Assembly: GCA_964016885.1 (NCBI GenBank)
Contig: OZ024745.1
Span: 103,354,001-103,418,000 of the forward strand
Length of the DNA: 64,000 nt
Direction: 5' to 3'
From: Eledone cirrhosa
Taxonomy: Eukaryota
The notes under the pieces were generated by a model that worked only from the letters and a program-made list of their open reading frames with translations, did not search any database and was not told the DNA's origin. This document shows positions 22,697 through 36,902 of the stretch, in pieces. Made by a program: the position numbers and the translations under genes. How positions within the stretch are numbered: the stretch's first letter is position 1; every line of letters starts with the position of its first letter.

Positions 22697-25103
22697 ACTT
22701 ACTAGAGGCGACAGATGAGATCTGTGGCTGGAGTAAGACCACAGGCAGAAGGAGAGTGACTTGGTGGTGGAACAATAAGGTAGATGAGGCAGTTAAGGCC
22801 AAGAGACAGGTTTGGAAAAAATGGAAGAACGGGGGAAGCAGAGTACATTACATAGAGACCAGGAGGAAAGCTAGGCAACAAGTATACTTAGCTAGGAGGG
22901 AAGCAGAGGATAGAAAATTCAAGCATGTTTTGCAACGTGAGGACCAGAAACAGGTGTTCAAGATTGCGAGGCAGTGTGTCAGAGAGAATTGTGATGTCAT
23001 TGGAGAGAAATGTATCCGGAATGATAAAGGTGAGCTTGCCCTCACAAATGCTGAGAAGAAAGATGCGTGGAAGAGCCATTATGATAGATTACAAAATGAG
23101 GAGAATGCATGGGAAGAGACCCTACCCCAAGTAGACCCTATAGAGGGGCCAGCAGTACAAGTCAGCAACAGCGTAGTGAATAAGGCAATCAAAGATATGA
23201 AGACAGGGAAGGCAACCGGTCCATCAGGTATAGCTGCCGGGATGCTGAAGGCATCTGAGTCAGTAGGTCACACCATAACCACACGTATTGTTAACCAGGT
23301 AATACTAGAAGGTGTCATACCAAAAGATTGGTGCAGTAGCATCATTGTCAACTGCTACAAAGGTAAAGGTAAAGGTGATGCACTAGATAGAGGAAACTAT
23401 AGAGGTATAAAGCTGATGGACCAGGTCATGAAAGTAACAGAAAGAGTTATAACACAGTTGATTAGGGACCGGGTGAAACTAGATGAGATGCAATTTGGGT
23501 TTGTGCCAGGAAGAAGCACCACTGATGCCCTCTTCCTAGTGAAGCAGTTACAGGAAAAGTACCTAACTAAAAGTAAGCCACTCTACCTGGCATTCGTCGA
23601 TCTCGAGAAAGCCTTTGACAGAGTTCCACGTGCTGTAATCTGGTGGGCTCTTAGAAAACTAGGAGTAGATGAATGGCTTGTGAAAGCTGTACAAGCCATG
23701 TATAGGGAAGCAGTCAGCAAAGTTAGGATTAGCAATGAGTATAGCGAGGAATTTAGCGTACAGGTTGGGGTCTACCAGGGCTCTGTTCTTAGCCCTCTCC
23801 TGCAGGCAATAACGGAGGAGTTTAAGACCGGATGCCCATGGGAACTCCTGTATGCTGATGACCTCGCACTTATAGCTGAATCTATGGTAGAACTAGAGAA
23901 GAAATTCCAAACTTGAAAGACTAGAAAGAAAGGGTCTCAAAGTCAACATGACAAAGACTAAGGTCCTTGTAAGTAGACGAGAAAACAGAACCCAGATCCC
24001 CTCAAGGAAATGGCCTTGCTCAGTATGTAGGAAAGGTGTAGGTAGGAACTCCATTCTCTGCCCCAAATGCAAACAATGGGTACACAAGAGATGTAGCGGG
24101 ATCTCAAGAACCTTAATTAAGAATGTAGGCTTCACATGCAGCAGCTGTGCTGGGACAGCAAGCAGCAAACAGCCACAGGAAACAAGTACCACCAATCTCT
24201 GTGAGGGCTCTGTAGAGACAGTAGACAGCTTCTGCTACCTAGGTGACCGAATTAGCAGCGGAGGCAGGTGATCAGAAAGTACTATAACTAGGGTAAGAAC
24301 GGGATGGAAGAAGTTCAGGGAACTACTACCACTGCTAGCTGCAAAAGGCTTCTCCCTCAAAATGAAAGGCAGACTGTATGATGCGTGTGTCCGAACAGCA
24401 ATGTTACATGGTAGTGAGACCTGGGCGCTGAAGGTGGAAGACTTACGTAGATTAGAGAGAAACGAAGCCTGCATGCTCCGATGGATGTGTAATAGTAATA
24501 TACGCGAACGACAAAGCATAAATGAATTGAGAGAGAGACTGAGCATAAGAGGAATCAAATGCTGTGTGCAGGAGAGGCGGTTGCGTTGGTATGGACATGT
24601 GATGCGTATGAAGGATGACAGCTGCATAAAAAGGTGCAGAGCACTAGAAGTCAATGGAAACCGCTGAGTGGGGAGACCCAAGATGACCTGGGATGAGGTG
24701 ATAAAAGCCGACCTTACCCAATTACATTTCTCAAAGCGATGACACACGACCGTGACCTCTGGTGTCACGCAGTAATACAGAGTACCCAAGCTCCCATGGG
24801 TACAAGCTGAAGCATATAGACAATATGCCCCCACACCCTTCCACTGCAAGGTGGTCATGGAGGTGCCACGGCAAAAAGCACCCAGCCCACACTGTAAAGT
24901 GGACATGTAGGCGCCACAAAAAAGCACCCAGCACTCACTGTAAATGAGGTTGGTGTTAGGAAGGGCATCCAGCTGTAGAAATCAAGCCAAATCAGTTCCT
25001 GTATGAGCAAGGCATGGTCAGCCGACCAGACACTGCCCACAACAGGACAACCCGTCTAACCCATACTAGCGTGGAAGAACGGACGTAAAACGGTGATGAT
25101 GAT
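22691..25103 (+). mobile_element. RTE LINE (family with PHD-like insert), 5'-truncated, few lesions
   Basis: 386-aa RT ORF (DLEKAFDRVP, QGSVLSPLL, LYADD) continuing after frameshifts to RLRWYGHV; 3' UTR and (GAT)n tail ending in (TA)n. Confidence 0.93.
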
Positions 25104-25127
25104 ATACATATATATATATATATATAT

Positions 25128-25242
25128 ATAGGAACCAGTAAGACCCCGACAGCTGAGCTCAAGCCGTTTCGACGGCTAATTCTGGCAGAATTAGCCGTCG
25201 AAACGGCTTGAGCTCAGCTGTCGGGGTCTTACTGGTTCCTAT
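25128..25242. repeat. Perfect palindrome (57-bp arms, centre 25185) containing the 3' half of a hammerhead
   Basis: ataggaaccagtaagacccc...aattctg G cagaatt...ggggtcttactggttcctat. Confidence 0.95.
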
Positions 25243-25317
25243 TACCCACTCTACTACCTCAAGTATTGAGTACTTTGGTGCGTTATGGTCCACCTGGTTC
25301 CTTACCACACTTCCTTC

Positions 25318-25549
<232 letters not shown>

Positions 25550-25550
<1 letters not shown>

Positions 25551-25670
25551 TGAAGGCATGTAGCTGAGTGGTTAGAGAATTGGATTTGCAATTGTGAGGT
25601 TGTGAGTTCGATTCCTGGACCAGGCAATGCGTTATGTCCTTGAGCAAGACACTTTATTTCATGTTGCTCC
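25550..25670 (+). mobile_element. tRNA-derived SINE (family B), 5' part
   Basis: A box tagctgagtgg, B box gagttcgattcc, gtccttgagcaagacacttt body. Confidence 0.8.
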
Positions 25671-26109
25671 TTCTACCTGGAGTTGCGACCGATGGATTGT
25701 ATTAGCAATTGGAAAGACCAACGGAAACATCGTATCCTCGGTCCGATTTGACGAAAGTCGATCGTTCCTATATATATATATATATACACATATATATATA
25801 TATACACATATATATATACACATATATATATATATACACACACATATATATATATATATATATGTATTATCATCGCTGTTTTATGTGCGTTTTCCATGTT
25901 CACATAGATTGTCATATTCTGACACTTGACATGTCAGATGACTATGCCCTGCTCATACATTCCAATTTAAAATTGTTTCTATGGGTGACTGCCAACTACT
26001 TTACAGTGTGTATTGGGAACATTTATTGGAGCACCAGCGTTATCACTTTACTGAGTGAGCTGGATACATTTTATCATGGTGCCAGGATGAATACTTTATT
26101 AGTCACCTA

Positions 26110-29100
26110 TTATTATGTGTATCATATAGTGTTTTGTTAATACTGTGTTTAGTTACTGTTGTGTGTATTATATAGTGTTTAGTTACTGTTGTGTGTATCA
26201 TATAGTGTTTTGTTAATACTGTGTTTAGTTACTGTTGTGTGTATTATATAGTGTTTAGTTAATCCTGTGTTTAGTTACTGTGTGTGTATCATATAGTGTT
26301 TTGTTAATACTGTGTTTAGTTACTGTTGTGTGTATCATATAGTGTTTAGTTAATCCTGTGTTTAGTTACTGTTGTGTGTATCATATAGTGTTTAGTTAAT
26401 ACTGTGTTTAGTTACTGTGTGTGTATTATATAGTGTTTAGTTAATATTGTGTTTAGTTACTGTGTGTGTATTATATAGTGTTTAGTTACTGTTGTGTGTA
26501 TCATATAGTGTTTTGTTAATACTGTGTTTAGTTACTGTGTGTGTGTATTATATAGTGTTTAGTTAATACTGTGTTTAGTTACTGTTGTGTGTATTATATA
26601 GTGTTTAGTTACTGTTGTGTGTATCATATAGTGTTTTGTTAATACTGTGTTTATTTACTGGTGTGTGTATTATATAGTGTTTAGTTAATACTGTGTTTAG
26701 TTACTGTTGTGTGTATCATATAGTGTTTTGTTAATACTGTGTTTAGTTACTGTGTGTGTGTATTATATAGTGTTTAGTTAATACTGTGTTTATTTACTGT
26801 TGTGTGTATTAGATAGTGTTTAGTTACTGTTGTGTGTATCATATAGTGTTTAGTTAATACTGTGTTTAGTTACTGTTGTGTGTATCATATAGTGTTTTGT
26901 TAATAATGTGTTTATTTACTGGTGTGTGTATTATATAGTGTTTAGTTAATACTGTGTTTAGTTACTGTTGTGTGTAACATATAGTGTTTTGTTAATACTG
27001 TGTTTAGTTACTGTGTGTGTGTATTATATAGTGTTTAGTTAATACTGTGTTTATTTACTGTTGTGTGTATTATATAGTGTTTAGTTACTGTTGTGTGTAT
27101 CATATAGTGTTTAGTTAATACTGTGTTTAGTTACTGTTGTGTGTATTATATAGTGTTTAGTTACTGTTGTGTGTATCATATAGTGTTTTGTTAATACTGT
27201 GTTTAGTTACTGTTGTGTGTATCATATAGTGTTTTGTTAATACTGTGTTTAGTTACTGTGTGTGTGTATTATATAGTGTTTAGTTAATACTGTGTTTATT
27301 TACTGTTCTGTGTATTATATAGTGTTTAGTTAATACTGTGTTTAGTTACTGTTGTGTGTATCATATAGTGTTTAGTTAATACTGTGTTTATTTACTGTTG
27401 TGTGTATTATATAGTGTTTAGTTAATACTGTGTTTAGTTACTGTTGTGTGTATTATATAGTGTTTAGTTACTGTTGTGTGTATCATATAGTGTTTAGTTA
27501 ATACTGTGTTTATTTACTGTTGTGTGTATCATATAGTGTTTAGTTAATACTGTGTTTAGTTACTGTTGTGTGTATTATATAGTGTTTAGTTACTGTTGTG
27601 TGTATCATATAGTGTTTAGTTAATACTGTGTTTATTTACTGTTGTGTGTATCATATAGTGTTTAGTTAATACTGTGTTTAGTTACTGTTGTGTGTATCAT
27701 ATAGTGTTTTGTTAATACTGTGTTTAGTTACTGTGTGTGTGTATTATATAGTGTTTAGTTAATACTGTGTTTATTTACTGTTGTGTGTATTAGATAGTGT
27801 TTAGTTACTGTTGTGTGTATCATATAGTGTTTAGTTAATACTGTGTTTAGTTACTGTTGTGTGTATCATATAGTGTTTTGTTAATACTGTGTTTAGTTAC
27901 TGTGTGTGTTTAGTTAATACTGTGTTTAGTTACTGTTGTGTGTAACATATAGTGTTTTGTTAATACTGTGTTTAGTTACTGTGTGTGTGTATTATATAGT
28001 GTTTAGTTAATACTGTGTTTATTTACTGTTGTGTGTATTATATAGTGTTTAGTTACTGTTGTGTGTATCATATAGTGTTTAGTTAATACTGTGTTTAGTT
28101 ACTGTTGTGTGTATTATATAGTGTTTAGTTACTGTTGTGTGTATCATATAGTGTTTTGTTAATACTGTGTTTAGTTACTGTTGTGTGTATCATATAGTGT
28201 TTTGTTAATACTGTGTTTAGTTACTGTGTGTGTGTATTATATAGTGTTTAGTTAATACTGTGTTTATTTACTGTTCTGTGTATTATATAGTGTTTAGTTA
28301 ATACTGTGTTTAGTTACTGTTGTGTGTATCATATAGTGTTTAGTTAATACTGTGTTTATTTACTGTTGTGTGTATTATATAGTGTTTAGTTAATACTGTG
28401 TTTAGTTACTGTTGTGTGTATTATATAGTGTTTAGTTACTGTTGTGTGTATCATATAGTGTTTAGTTAATACTGTGTTTATTTACTGTTGTGTGTATCAT
28501 ATAGTGTTTAGTTAATACTGTGTTTAGTTACTGTTGTGTGTATTATATAGTGTTTAGTTACTGTTGTGTGTATTATATAGTGTTAAGTTAATACTGTGTT
28601 TAGTTACTGTGTGTGTATTATATAGTGTTTAGTTACTGTTGTGTGTATTATATAGTGTTAAGTTAATACTGTGTTTAGTTACTGTGTGTGTATTATATAG
28701 TGTTTTGTTAATACTGTGTTTAGTTACTGTTGTGTGTATTATATAGTGTTTAGTTACTGTTGTGTGTATTATATAGTGTTAAGTTACTGTGTGTGTGTAT
28801 TATATAGTGTTTAGTTAATACTGTGTTTATTTACTGTTGTGTGTATTATATAGTGTTTAGTTAATACTGTGTTTAGTTACTGTTGTGTGTATCATATAGT
28901 GTTTAGTTAATACTGTGTTTATTTACTGTTGTGTGTATTATATAGTGTTTAGTTAATACTGTGTTTATTTACTGTTGTGTGTATTATATAGTGTTAAGTT
29001 AATACTGTGTTTAGTTACTGTGTGTGCATTATATAGTGTTTAGTTAATACTGTGTTTAGTTACTGTTGTGTGTATTATATAGTGTTTAGTTACTGTTGTG

Positions 29101-29770
29101 TGTATCATATTGTGTTTAGTTAATACTGTGTTTAGTTACTGTTGTGTGTATCATATAGTGTTTAGTTAATACTGTGTTTAGTTACTGTGTGTGTATTATA
29201 TAGTGTTTAGTTACTGTTGTGTGTATCATATAGTGTTTTGTTAATACTGTGTTTATTTACTGTTGTGTGTATTATATAGTGTTTAGTTAATACTGTGTTT
29301 AGTTACTGTGTGTGTATTATATAGTGTTTAGTTACTGTGTGTGTATCATATAGTGTTTAGTTAATACTGTGTTTAGTTACTGTTGCGTGTATCATATAGT
29401 GTTTAGTTATACTGTGTTTAGTTACTGTGTGTGTATTATATAGTGTTTAGTTACTGTTGTGTGTATCATATAGTGTTTAGTTAATACTGTGTTTATTTAC
29501 TGTTGTGTGTATCATATAGTGTTTAGTTAATACTGTGTTTATTTACTGTTGTGTGTATCATATAGTGTTTAGTTAATACTGTGTTTATTTACTGTTGTGT
29601 GTATCATATAGTGTTTAGTTAATACTGTGTTTAGTTAATGTTGTGTGTATCATATAGTGTTTAGTTAATACTGTGTTTAGTTAATGTTGTGTGTATCATA
29701 TAGTGTTTAGTTAATACTGTATTTAGTTACTGTGTGTGTATTATATAGTGTTTAGATATTGTTGTTTATC
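26110..29770. repeat. Satellite of mixed 30-bp and 16-bp subunits (mostly 46-bp period)
   Basis: tgtttagttactgttgtgtgtatcatatag and tgtttagttaatactg. Confidence 0.95.
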
Positions 29771-30882
29771 ATACTGTGTTTAGTTACTCGGGTGGGTATC
29801 ATTTAGTGTTTAGTTATTGCTGTGTGTATCATTTAGTGTTTAGTTATTGCTGTGTGTATCATATTGTGTTTAGTTATTGCTGTGGGTATCATTTAGTGTT
29901 TAGTTATTGCTGTGTGTGTCATTTAGTGTTTAGTTATTGCTGTGTGTATCATATTCATATTGTATTTAGTTATTGCTGTGTGTATCATTTAGTGTTTAGT
30001 TATTGCTGTGTGTATCATTTAGTGTTTAGTTATTGGTGTGTGTATCATTTAGTGTTTAGTTATTGCTGTGTGTATCATATTGTGTTTAGTTATTGCTGTG
30101 TGTATCATATTGTGTTTAGTTATTGCTGTGTGTATCATTTAGTGTTTAGTTATTGCTGTGTGTATCATTTAGTGTTTAGTTATTGGTGTGTGTATCATAT
30201 TGTGTTTAGTTATTGCTGTGTGTATCATTTAGTGTTTAGTTATTGCTGTGTGTATCATATTGTGTTTAGTTATTGCTGTGTGTATCATTTAGTGTTTAGT
30301 TATTGGTGTGTGTATCATATTGTGTTTAGTTATTGCTGTGTGTATCATTTAGTGTTTAGTTATTGCTGTGTGTATCATATTCTGTTTAGTTATTGCTGTG
30401 TGTATCATTTAGTGTTTAGTTATTGCTGTGTGTATCATTTAGTGTTTAGTTATTGCTGTGTGTATCATATTGTGTTTAGTTATTGCTGTGTGTATCATAT
30501 TGTGTTTAGTTATTGCTGTGTGTATCATTTAGTGTTTAGTTATTGCTGTGTGTATCATTTAGTGTTTAGTTATTGGTGTGTGTATCATATTGTGTTTAGT
30601 TATTGCTGTGTGTATGATATTATGTTTAGTTATTGCTGTGTGTATCATATTGTGTTTAGTTATTGCTGTGTGTATCATTTAGTGTTTAGTTATTGCTGTG
30701 TGTATCATATTGTGTTTAGTTATTGCTGTGTGTATCATTTAGTGTTTAGTTATTGCTGTGTGTATCATTTAGTGTTTAGTTATTGGTGTGTGTATCATAT
30801 TGTGTTTAGTTATTGCTGTGTGTATGATATTATGTTTAGTTATTGCTGTGTGTATCATATTGTGTTTAGTTATCGCTGTGTG
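29771..30882. repeat. Homogeneous 30-bp satellite, about 37 units
   Basis: tgtttagttattgctgtgtgtatcat(tta/att)g. Confidence 0.97.
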
Positions 30883-30945
30883 AAATCATGTTTGTTCAGC
30901 CAAGTTTTCTAGTGCATTTTATTATCTTTTTACTAATATAAATAA

Positions 30946-31085
<140 letters not shown>

Positions 31086-31469
31086 TAGTAAAATAATATT
31101 TTGTCTTATTATATATTCTGTTCTATGCATAGTAATATTTTGTTGGTAGTTTTCTTTATTGTCAAGAGCAGAAAACATTGTTTCATCTTATTTCTTTGTA
31201 TCATTATTTTCATCTTTTCAGATTCTTTCCTTGTTTGATAATATCAATAATGTAGTCCCCAACTCTCAGCTAATATATTGACTATCAGTAGATCTTGTTG
31301 AGCCATAACTATGCTTGTTGGCAAAATAAAACACTTTGGGGAAAATTGATAAAAATGAGCAAATCATGAAATAAGTAAATTTTCATCGACCCAAACCTGA
31401 AGAAAACAAGTAATTAAGAAATATTTTCAAAATCTTTCCTGGTGGTTTGCTTAATCTTTGTAAACATAC

Positions 31470-32045
31470 CATCATCGTCATTGGTTACATGATCTATCAC
31501 ATACTATGGCTAGACTGCTCAGGTGGCCATATCTTGTGATTATGTCCCATTTTTGGTTTGATTTCTATGGCCGGATGCCCTTCCTAGTGCTACCTACTTT
31601 ACAGAGTGGACTGGGAGCATTTTATCATGACACCTGCACTACCCTCCACACAAAACACAAAAGCATTGACATTTACACATTATCATCATACAATCTAATT
31701 TTCACTTTTAAGGAGAAATCCTTTATAGCCACTAGTGGTAGCAGCTCCCTGAACCTTTTTCCAACCGTTTCTCATTCTGACTACTCTGCTTTCAGAACAC
31801 CCATCTGCAATGCTAATTTGATCATCCAGGTAACAGAAGCTGTCAACTATTTCTCAGAAGCCATCTACACATATGATACAACTTGTTTCATATCAGCCCT
31901 TGCTGCTTACTGCCCCTGTGCATTTGTTATATACAAAGACTACATTTTTTTGTTAGCCTGCCTGAGATGCCACTACATCTTTTGTGCACCCATACCTTAC
32001 ACTTTGTATATAGGGTGGAAATTCTACTTTTTCCTTTCCTCTACA
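31470..32045 (-). mobile_element. Decayed RTE fragment (3' UTR plus RT remnant)
   Basis: ggatgcccttcctag 3' UTR motif; acagaagctgtcaactat encodes VDSFCYL on the minus strand. Confidence 0.7.
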
Positions 32046-32788
32046 TCAAAGGTTTGGAGCTCCAGATGGGCGTTAGGGGGGAGGGGGCGTTTGAAGCTTT
32101 GGGGCGCTAGACAGGCGCTGGGAGCCCCTTTAGTTTGGTAAGTTTTATAAGTCATATTTGTACGTCTCTTAGACAGCCAGTGTGAATGCATTTGAATGAA
32201 GAAAACGAAGAAAATGAATAAAAGAAGCTTGTCAACGAATTCCCTAGAGAGATAAAAGAAAAACAAAAGAAATCAAAGAAAATGAAAATAAGGACACGTC
32301 AACTATGACAACAGTTACAAGAACAATTTCAACAGAAATGTCAACAAAAAGAAGCAACGGTGATGAAAGGTGTGGGTGTATACATATACATACATACGAA
32401 CATACACACACATGCATACGTACATACATACATACATACATACATACATACATACATACATACATACATACATACATAAAGTACAATCCATTAATAGAAC
32501 AGTAAAAATATGTAAAACATTCCAAAAGTTTTGCATCTAATAACTGCATATACACATGTACAGATACAAAGCATATACACATGCACACATACAACTCAAA
32601 ACATCCACATCCACACATACAATAACATCCATATCTACACATGCATGCATACATACATATCTACCTAGTTGATGTTGTGTAAATTCCAATGAGAGAGTCT
32701 TGTGTCTATGTTAGAAACCGACTCTCTCTCTATTGGTAAAACTTTGTGAAATTATAAAACCAGAAGAACATACATACACACACACACA

Positions 32789-33080
32789 TGGTGGCTGCCA
32801 ACTCGTTTTTGAGTACGGCCACTACTTTATATCCATGTAGGAGAACCCCTACTGATGCGCTGAACGAGTGTGACTTCTTAGTCCAGCCAGCGACTTGGAA
32901 ACTCTGGTACAAACACTACACTTGTGACAATTATTGACACATAGTGCTGGGCCCATGGTACCATGTGACGACAAGTGCAGAGAGATCTCCAGATATAAAG
33001 CAATGCCTGTGCCGTGAAGCTTTTATAGTGAGCAAAGGCACTGCACAAAGCCAGTCCCACTCTCTTAACCAAGATGATAT
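32789..33080 (-). mobile_element. About 290-bp non-autonomous RTE derivative (Ceph-domain-like part plus RTE 3' tip)
   Basis: Near-identical second copy at 63272-63562 with the same ends; homology to 12303-12372 and to 20138-20170. Confidence 0.75.
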
Positions 33081-33747
33081 TTACCAAAAAGAACAAGTCA
33101 ACATCATTGGACACACATATATATACACACAGGCTGGCATTAGTGCTTGATGAGGTTGAGAACCTGGCCAGCTTTCAGCCAGAGCTGTGGTATTTAATCT
33201 CCCTAGGTAATAAAATCTGGAACCAGAATTTTCTCTTTACCTGCCAAAAAAAAATCATGTCAACATCTTTATACACTTAAATATAAATGCATGTATATAT
33301 AGAAATGTATAAATGCCATAGCTATATACATACGTAAATGTATGTATTTTTATATGTGTGTATGTAGATTTATATATATATATATATATATATAAATCTT
33401 CATACATACACATATATATATATATGTATATAAATCTACAGATCTTCCAAATCTACATATCTTCCAAATCTACATATCTTCCAAATCTTCCAAATCTACA
33501 GTATCTTCCAACGGTTTTCAACCCCTCTATATAAAATATATCTCCTCTCAGTTATAAAAACTATCTCTTTCTCTCTATCACCCATCTCTCCCTCTCATCT
33601 CCTTCCCTTTTCATCCTTTTCTCTCCCCCCCTCTCTAAATAAAATATTTTTCCCAATATCACACATCAATCTAAAACCACTTTTCATATGTTGATTTAAA
33701 ACTGCACTATCAACAAGTGTTTTTTTAGCCTTCATATCATGTTCTCC

Positions 33748-33818
33748 TGTTTTATCTGATGAAAACACAAATATTATTGTTTGATGATGTTTGTTTTTGA
33801 AATGCGCATAATAAAATA
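33748..33818 (+). ncRNA. Minimal type I hammerhead ribozyme with palindromic stem III
   Basis: tgttttat/ataaaata stem I, CTGATGA 33756-33762, 16-bp stem II with one mismatch, GAAA-T-GCGC-A-TA site after 33810. Confidence 0.82.
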
Positions 33819-33990
33819 TATTGAACTCCTTTAACCATCTTTTGATCTTATATTATGCATACTCCAGTCCCACATACTGTAGAGTGCTTCTTATCCGATA
33901 TCTGCATTGCTTTATTGTACTACAATAAAACTCACCTCCTACATATAAATCTACATATATACATATATATATCTATATATATAAATCTAC

Positions 33991-34023
<33 letters not shown>

Positions 34024-34111
34024 AATCTACATACATACACTTACGTATGTATATAACTATGCATTTATATTTAAGTGTGTATATATATATATATGTGTGT
34101 ATGTGTGTGTG

Positions 34112-34173
<62 letters not shown>

Positions 34174-35399
34174 CACACACACATATATATATTTTTTTTA
34201 TATATATATGTTCTACTACGGGCCACAGAAAAGTAGTTCACGGGCCGCATGTTTGAGCCCCTGTTGGCGATAGATAGATAGATGTGTACCAAACACACAC
34301 GCATTTCTTTCCGCCCCTCCCTCTTTCTCTCTTCATTTATATATATATATGGCGTTGTTGAAAATAGCAGTAGCCTTTGACCTGGCAATAAAAACTGGAG
34401 ACAAAATTCTTTCTGTACCAAAACCAAGACACACACACACACAAGTTTGTGTGTGTGTGTATGTGTGTGTGTATGTGCGTGTGCGTTCATGTGTGTGTGT
34501 GTGTATCTATCTATGTATATATATATAAGGGATACAGATATGGCTTTCTCACTGTCTCCAAGCTTCTCAAATTTTTCGTTGCTACTAAGTATTTTATTTG
34601 TCTACGAGGTATTTTATTTTGCAAGGTATTATTTTTCCCCTGAGTTTGTGATTTCAGAGAAAGGTAAGAAATTCTTCATATTTTGCATCTTTTGTATTTT
34701 GACTTTACAGTTTGAATTGTAGAATTGTCTATCCACTCAAAATATTACAACAGCTAACAGTGAACTATAGAATTTAAAAAAAAAAGCTTTTTCGACTGAG
34801 ATCAAATCTTTGAAAACATTCACGTCTTTTTTTCAAAAATATATAATTTGAAATAGCGTGCTTTTGTTTTGGACTGAAACTTTTTTGTATTTAATTTGTA
34901 CGAGTATTTTTTAAAGATTCTAACATAACTTGATTTGGCCCAGTAATCTACTGATATCAAAATCAGTAGTATATTGAAAAAGGGAAAAGTAGGGTAGGAG
35001 GGGGGGGGGGGGGGGGCTCGTGATTTCGAGGGGAAAATTTGGCCAAAATGGGTTGAGAACCTTTGCTCTACATTAAGCAAGGCTAGTTCCCTGAAGGTAT
35101 CAGGCCACTTTTTTTCTTTTTGACTTCTAGGGACTTTAGTCTTTGCCAAGCTGATTTTGAAGCCTTTTGATTCCAGGTTTTGCTTCCATATCAGGAATTT
35201 CTTCTCTATCAGCAGATATAATTTCTCAAGAGCAGCCAGTTGTAAACTTTTTTGTTAAGACTTGGAGGGCAATAATAAACAGAAGGGGGATGCACACTAA
35301 ATTCATTATTATATTTATTTTTAAATCTAACCTTACTGACAGTACCTCTAAGCATAGTCTGTACCATCCTAAATAGCTATCCCACTGGATTATGGAGTG

Positions 35400-35930
35400 G
35401 AGAACTTTGTCAAATGATTTTTTGGTGGGGCCTCAATAAATGCTAGGTAGAGGAGCTTACTATTAGCTAACTACTTCTCCTGCAGCTGTTTCCAAAGGAA
35501 GGAGGTTATCTGTTGGACCATTACCAAGCACAAAGCCAAACTGCATCTCCAATAGGTGTACAAAACTTTCAATAATTTTGATGGCTTGTCCCATCAACTT
35601 GATGCCTCTATAGCTTCCTCTGTTTAGTGCCTCTCTTTTGCCCTTATAGTAGTTGATGATGCTGCTGCTACTCTAGTTATTTGCTATGATGCCATCCTGT
35701 ATTACTTGGTTTACTATACATGCAGTTAGATGCTTTCAGTTTTTCAATGACTACACCTGATGATCCTGCTACTTTGCTTATCTTCATATCCTTAATTACC
35801 TTTCATACCATAATAAATTGCCTTCAAGGGATTTAGTTTACTGTATCGACATCAGTACTTACTTTTTCAAGTTTGGTATTGATCTCTGTTTGCTGGACTA
35901 CTACATTACAGCAGATAAACAAATAGTAAA
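35400..35930 (-). mobile_element. Old RTE RT remnant
   Basis: Minus strand EMQFGFVLG and SYRGIKLMGQ. Confidence 0.75.
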
Positions 35931-36089
35931 CATAAACACAGACATAGATACACATACACACACATGTGTGTGTATGTCTATGATTTTATGTCCATTTACC
36001 ATATTGATGTTTTAAATTACAATCTTGGTAATTAAATAATTCATAATTTTAGTAAATCCATCAAATCTAAAGTCTAAGGGATTATCAGG

Positions 36090-36325
36090 CCAGTGTTTAT
36101 CGCAGTTTCAATGGTGTTAAGCAACTGAAAGTACAAGACTCCCTCCCTGGAAAAGATGCCAGTCCATTGCAGGGTTAAACCCCCAGCTACTGCTGGTACT
36201 CATTTTCAGCTGAGTACACTGGAGCAACGTGAAATGAAGAATTTTGCTCAAAACACAACCTAGTCCACGAATCAAATCTATGACATTACGATCGTAAGTC
36301 CAACACACTTACCATGCACCTCCAC
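36090..36325 (-). mobile_element. tRNA-derived SINE (family B)
   Basis: ggagcaacgtgaaatgaag...ttgctcaa is the reverse of the family B body. Confidence 0.7.
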
Positions 36326-36902
36326 AAGTGTCTTCATTAATTAATTGAAATTGTTTATTTCATTAAGCATTCAATCACAAAAGGCTCAAAATGGTAGTAT
36401 GTGATTTGAGAGGGATTTAGCTGCTACTTCTTGCAAGTTGGCCTATTACATAGAGGCCCTCTCTATGCCATAGAAAAAGGTGTAAATGCTACGACTCACC
36501 AGGTTTTTTTGTTTTTGTTTTTCCTCTTTAATAATTATAAGTTTCAAGTCCCTTAATAAATAGAACATTAAATTATGTATTAACTACTAAGACTTTAATA
36601 TAGATGATGCAGGTACTAATTCCAGATAGAAAGAATATCAAACCTACTCATAGAACTGACTACATATATATCATTGCTCTGAATAACCAGGTTTCTTATC
36701 ACACAACAGAGCATATTTTTTCTTCCCTCAACTTCATTGAAGTCCCTGAGGCAAGCTTGTATCATTGACTAACTTGGTCAACTCATATTTTGTGTTAACT
36801 CCTGGCCTCATCAACAATCAGGTTTAGAATGTCTATATACTTCAACCATGGATCCTAATAATATATTCTGGAATATATATATTCCAATATATATATTGGA
36901 AG

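Noticed and set aside
29776-30912. 378-aa ORF of VFSYCCVYHL repeats as a Cys-rich protein
   Set aside because: By-product of a 30-bp satellite with one stop-free frame; the contiguous related array is not open, and no gene structure is evident
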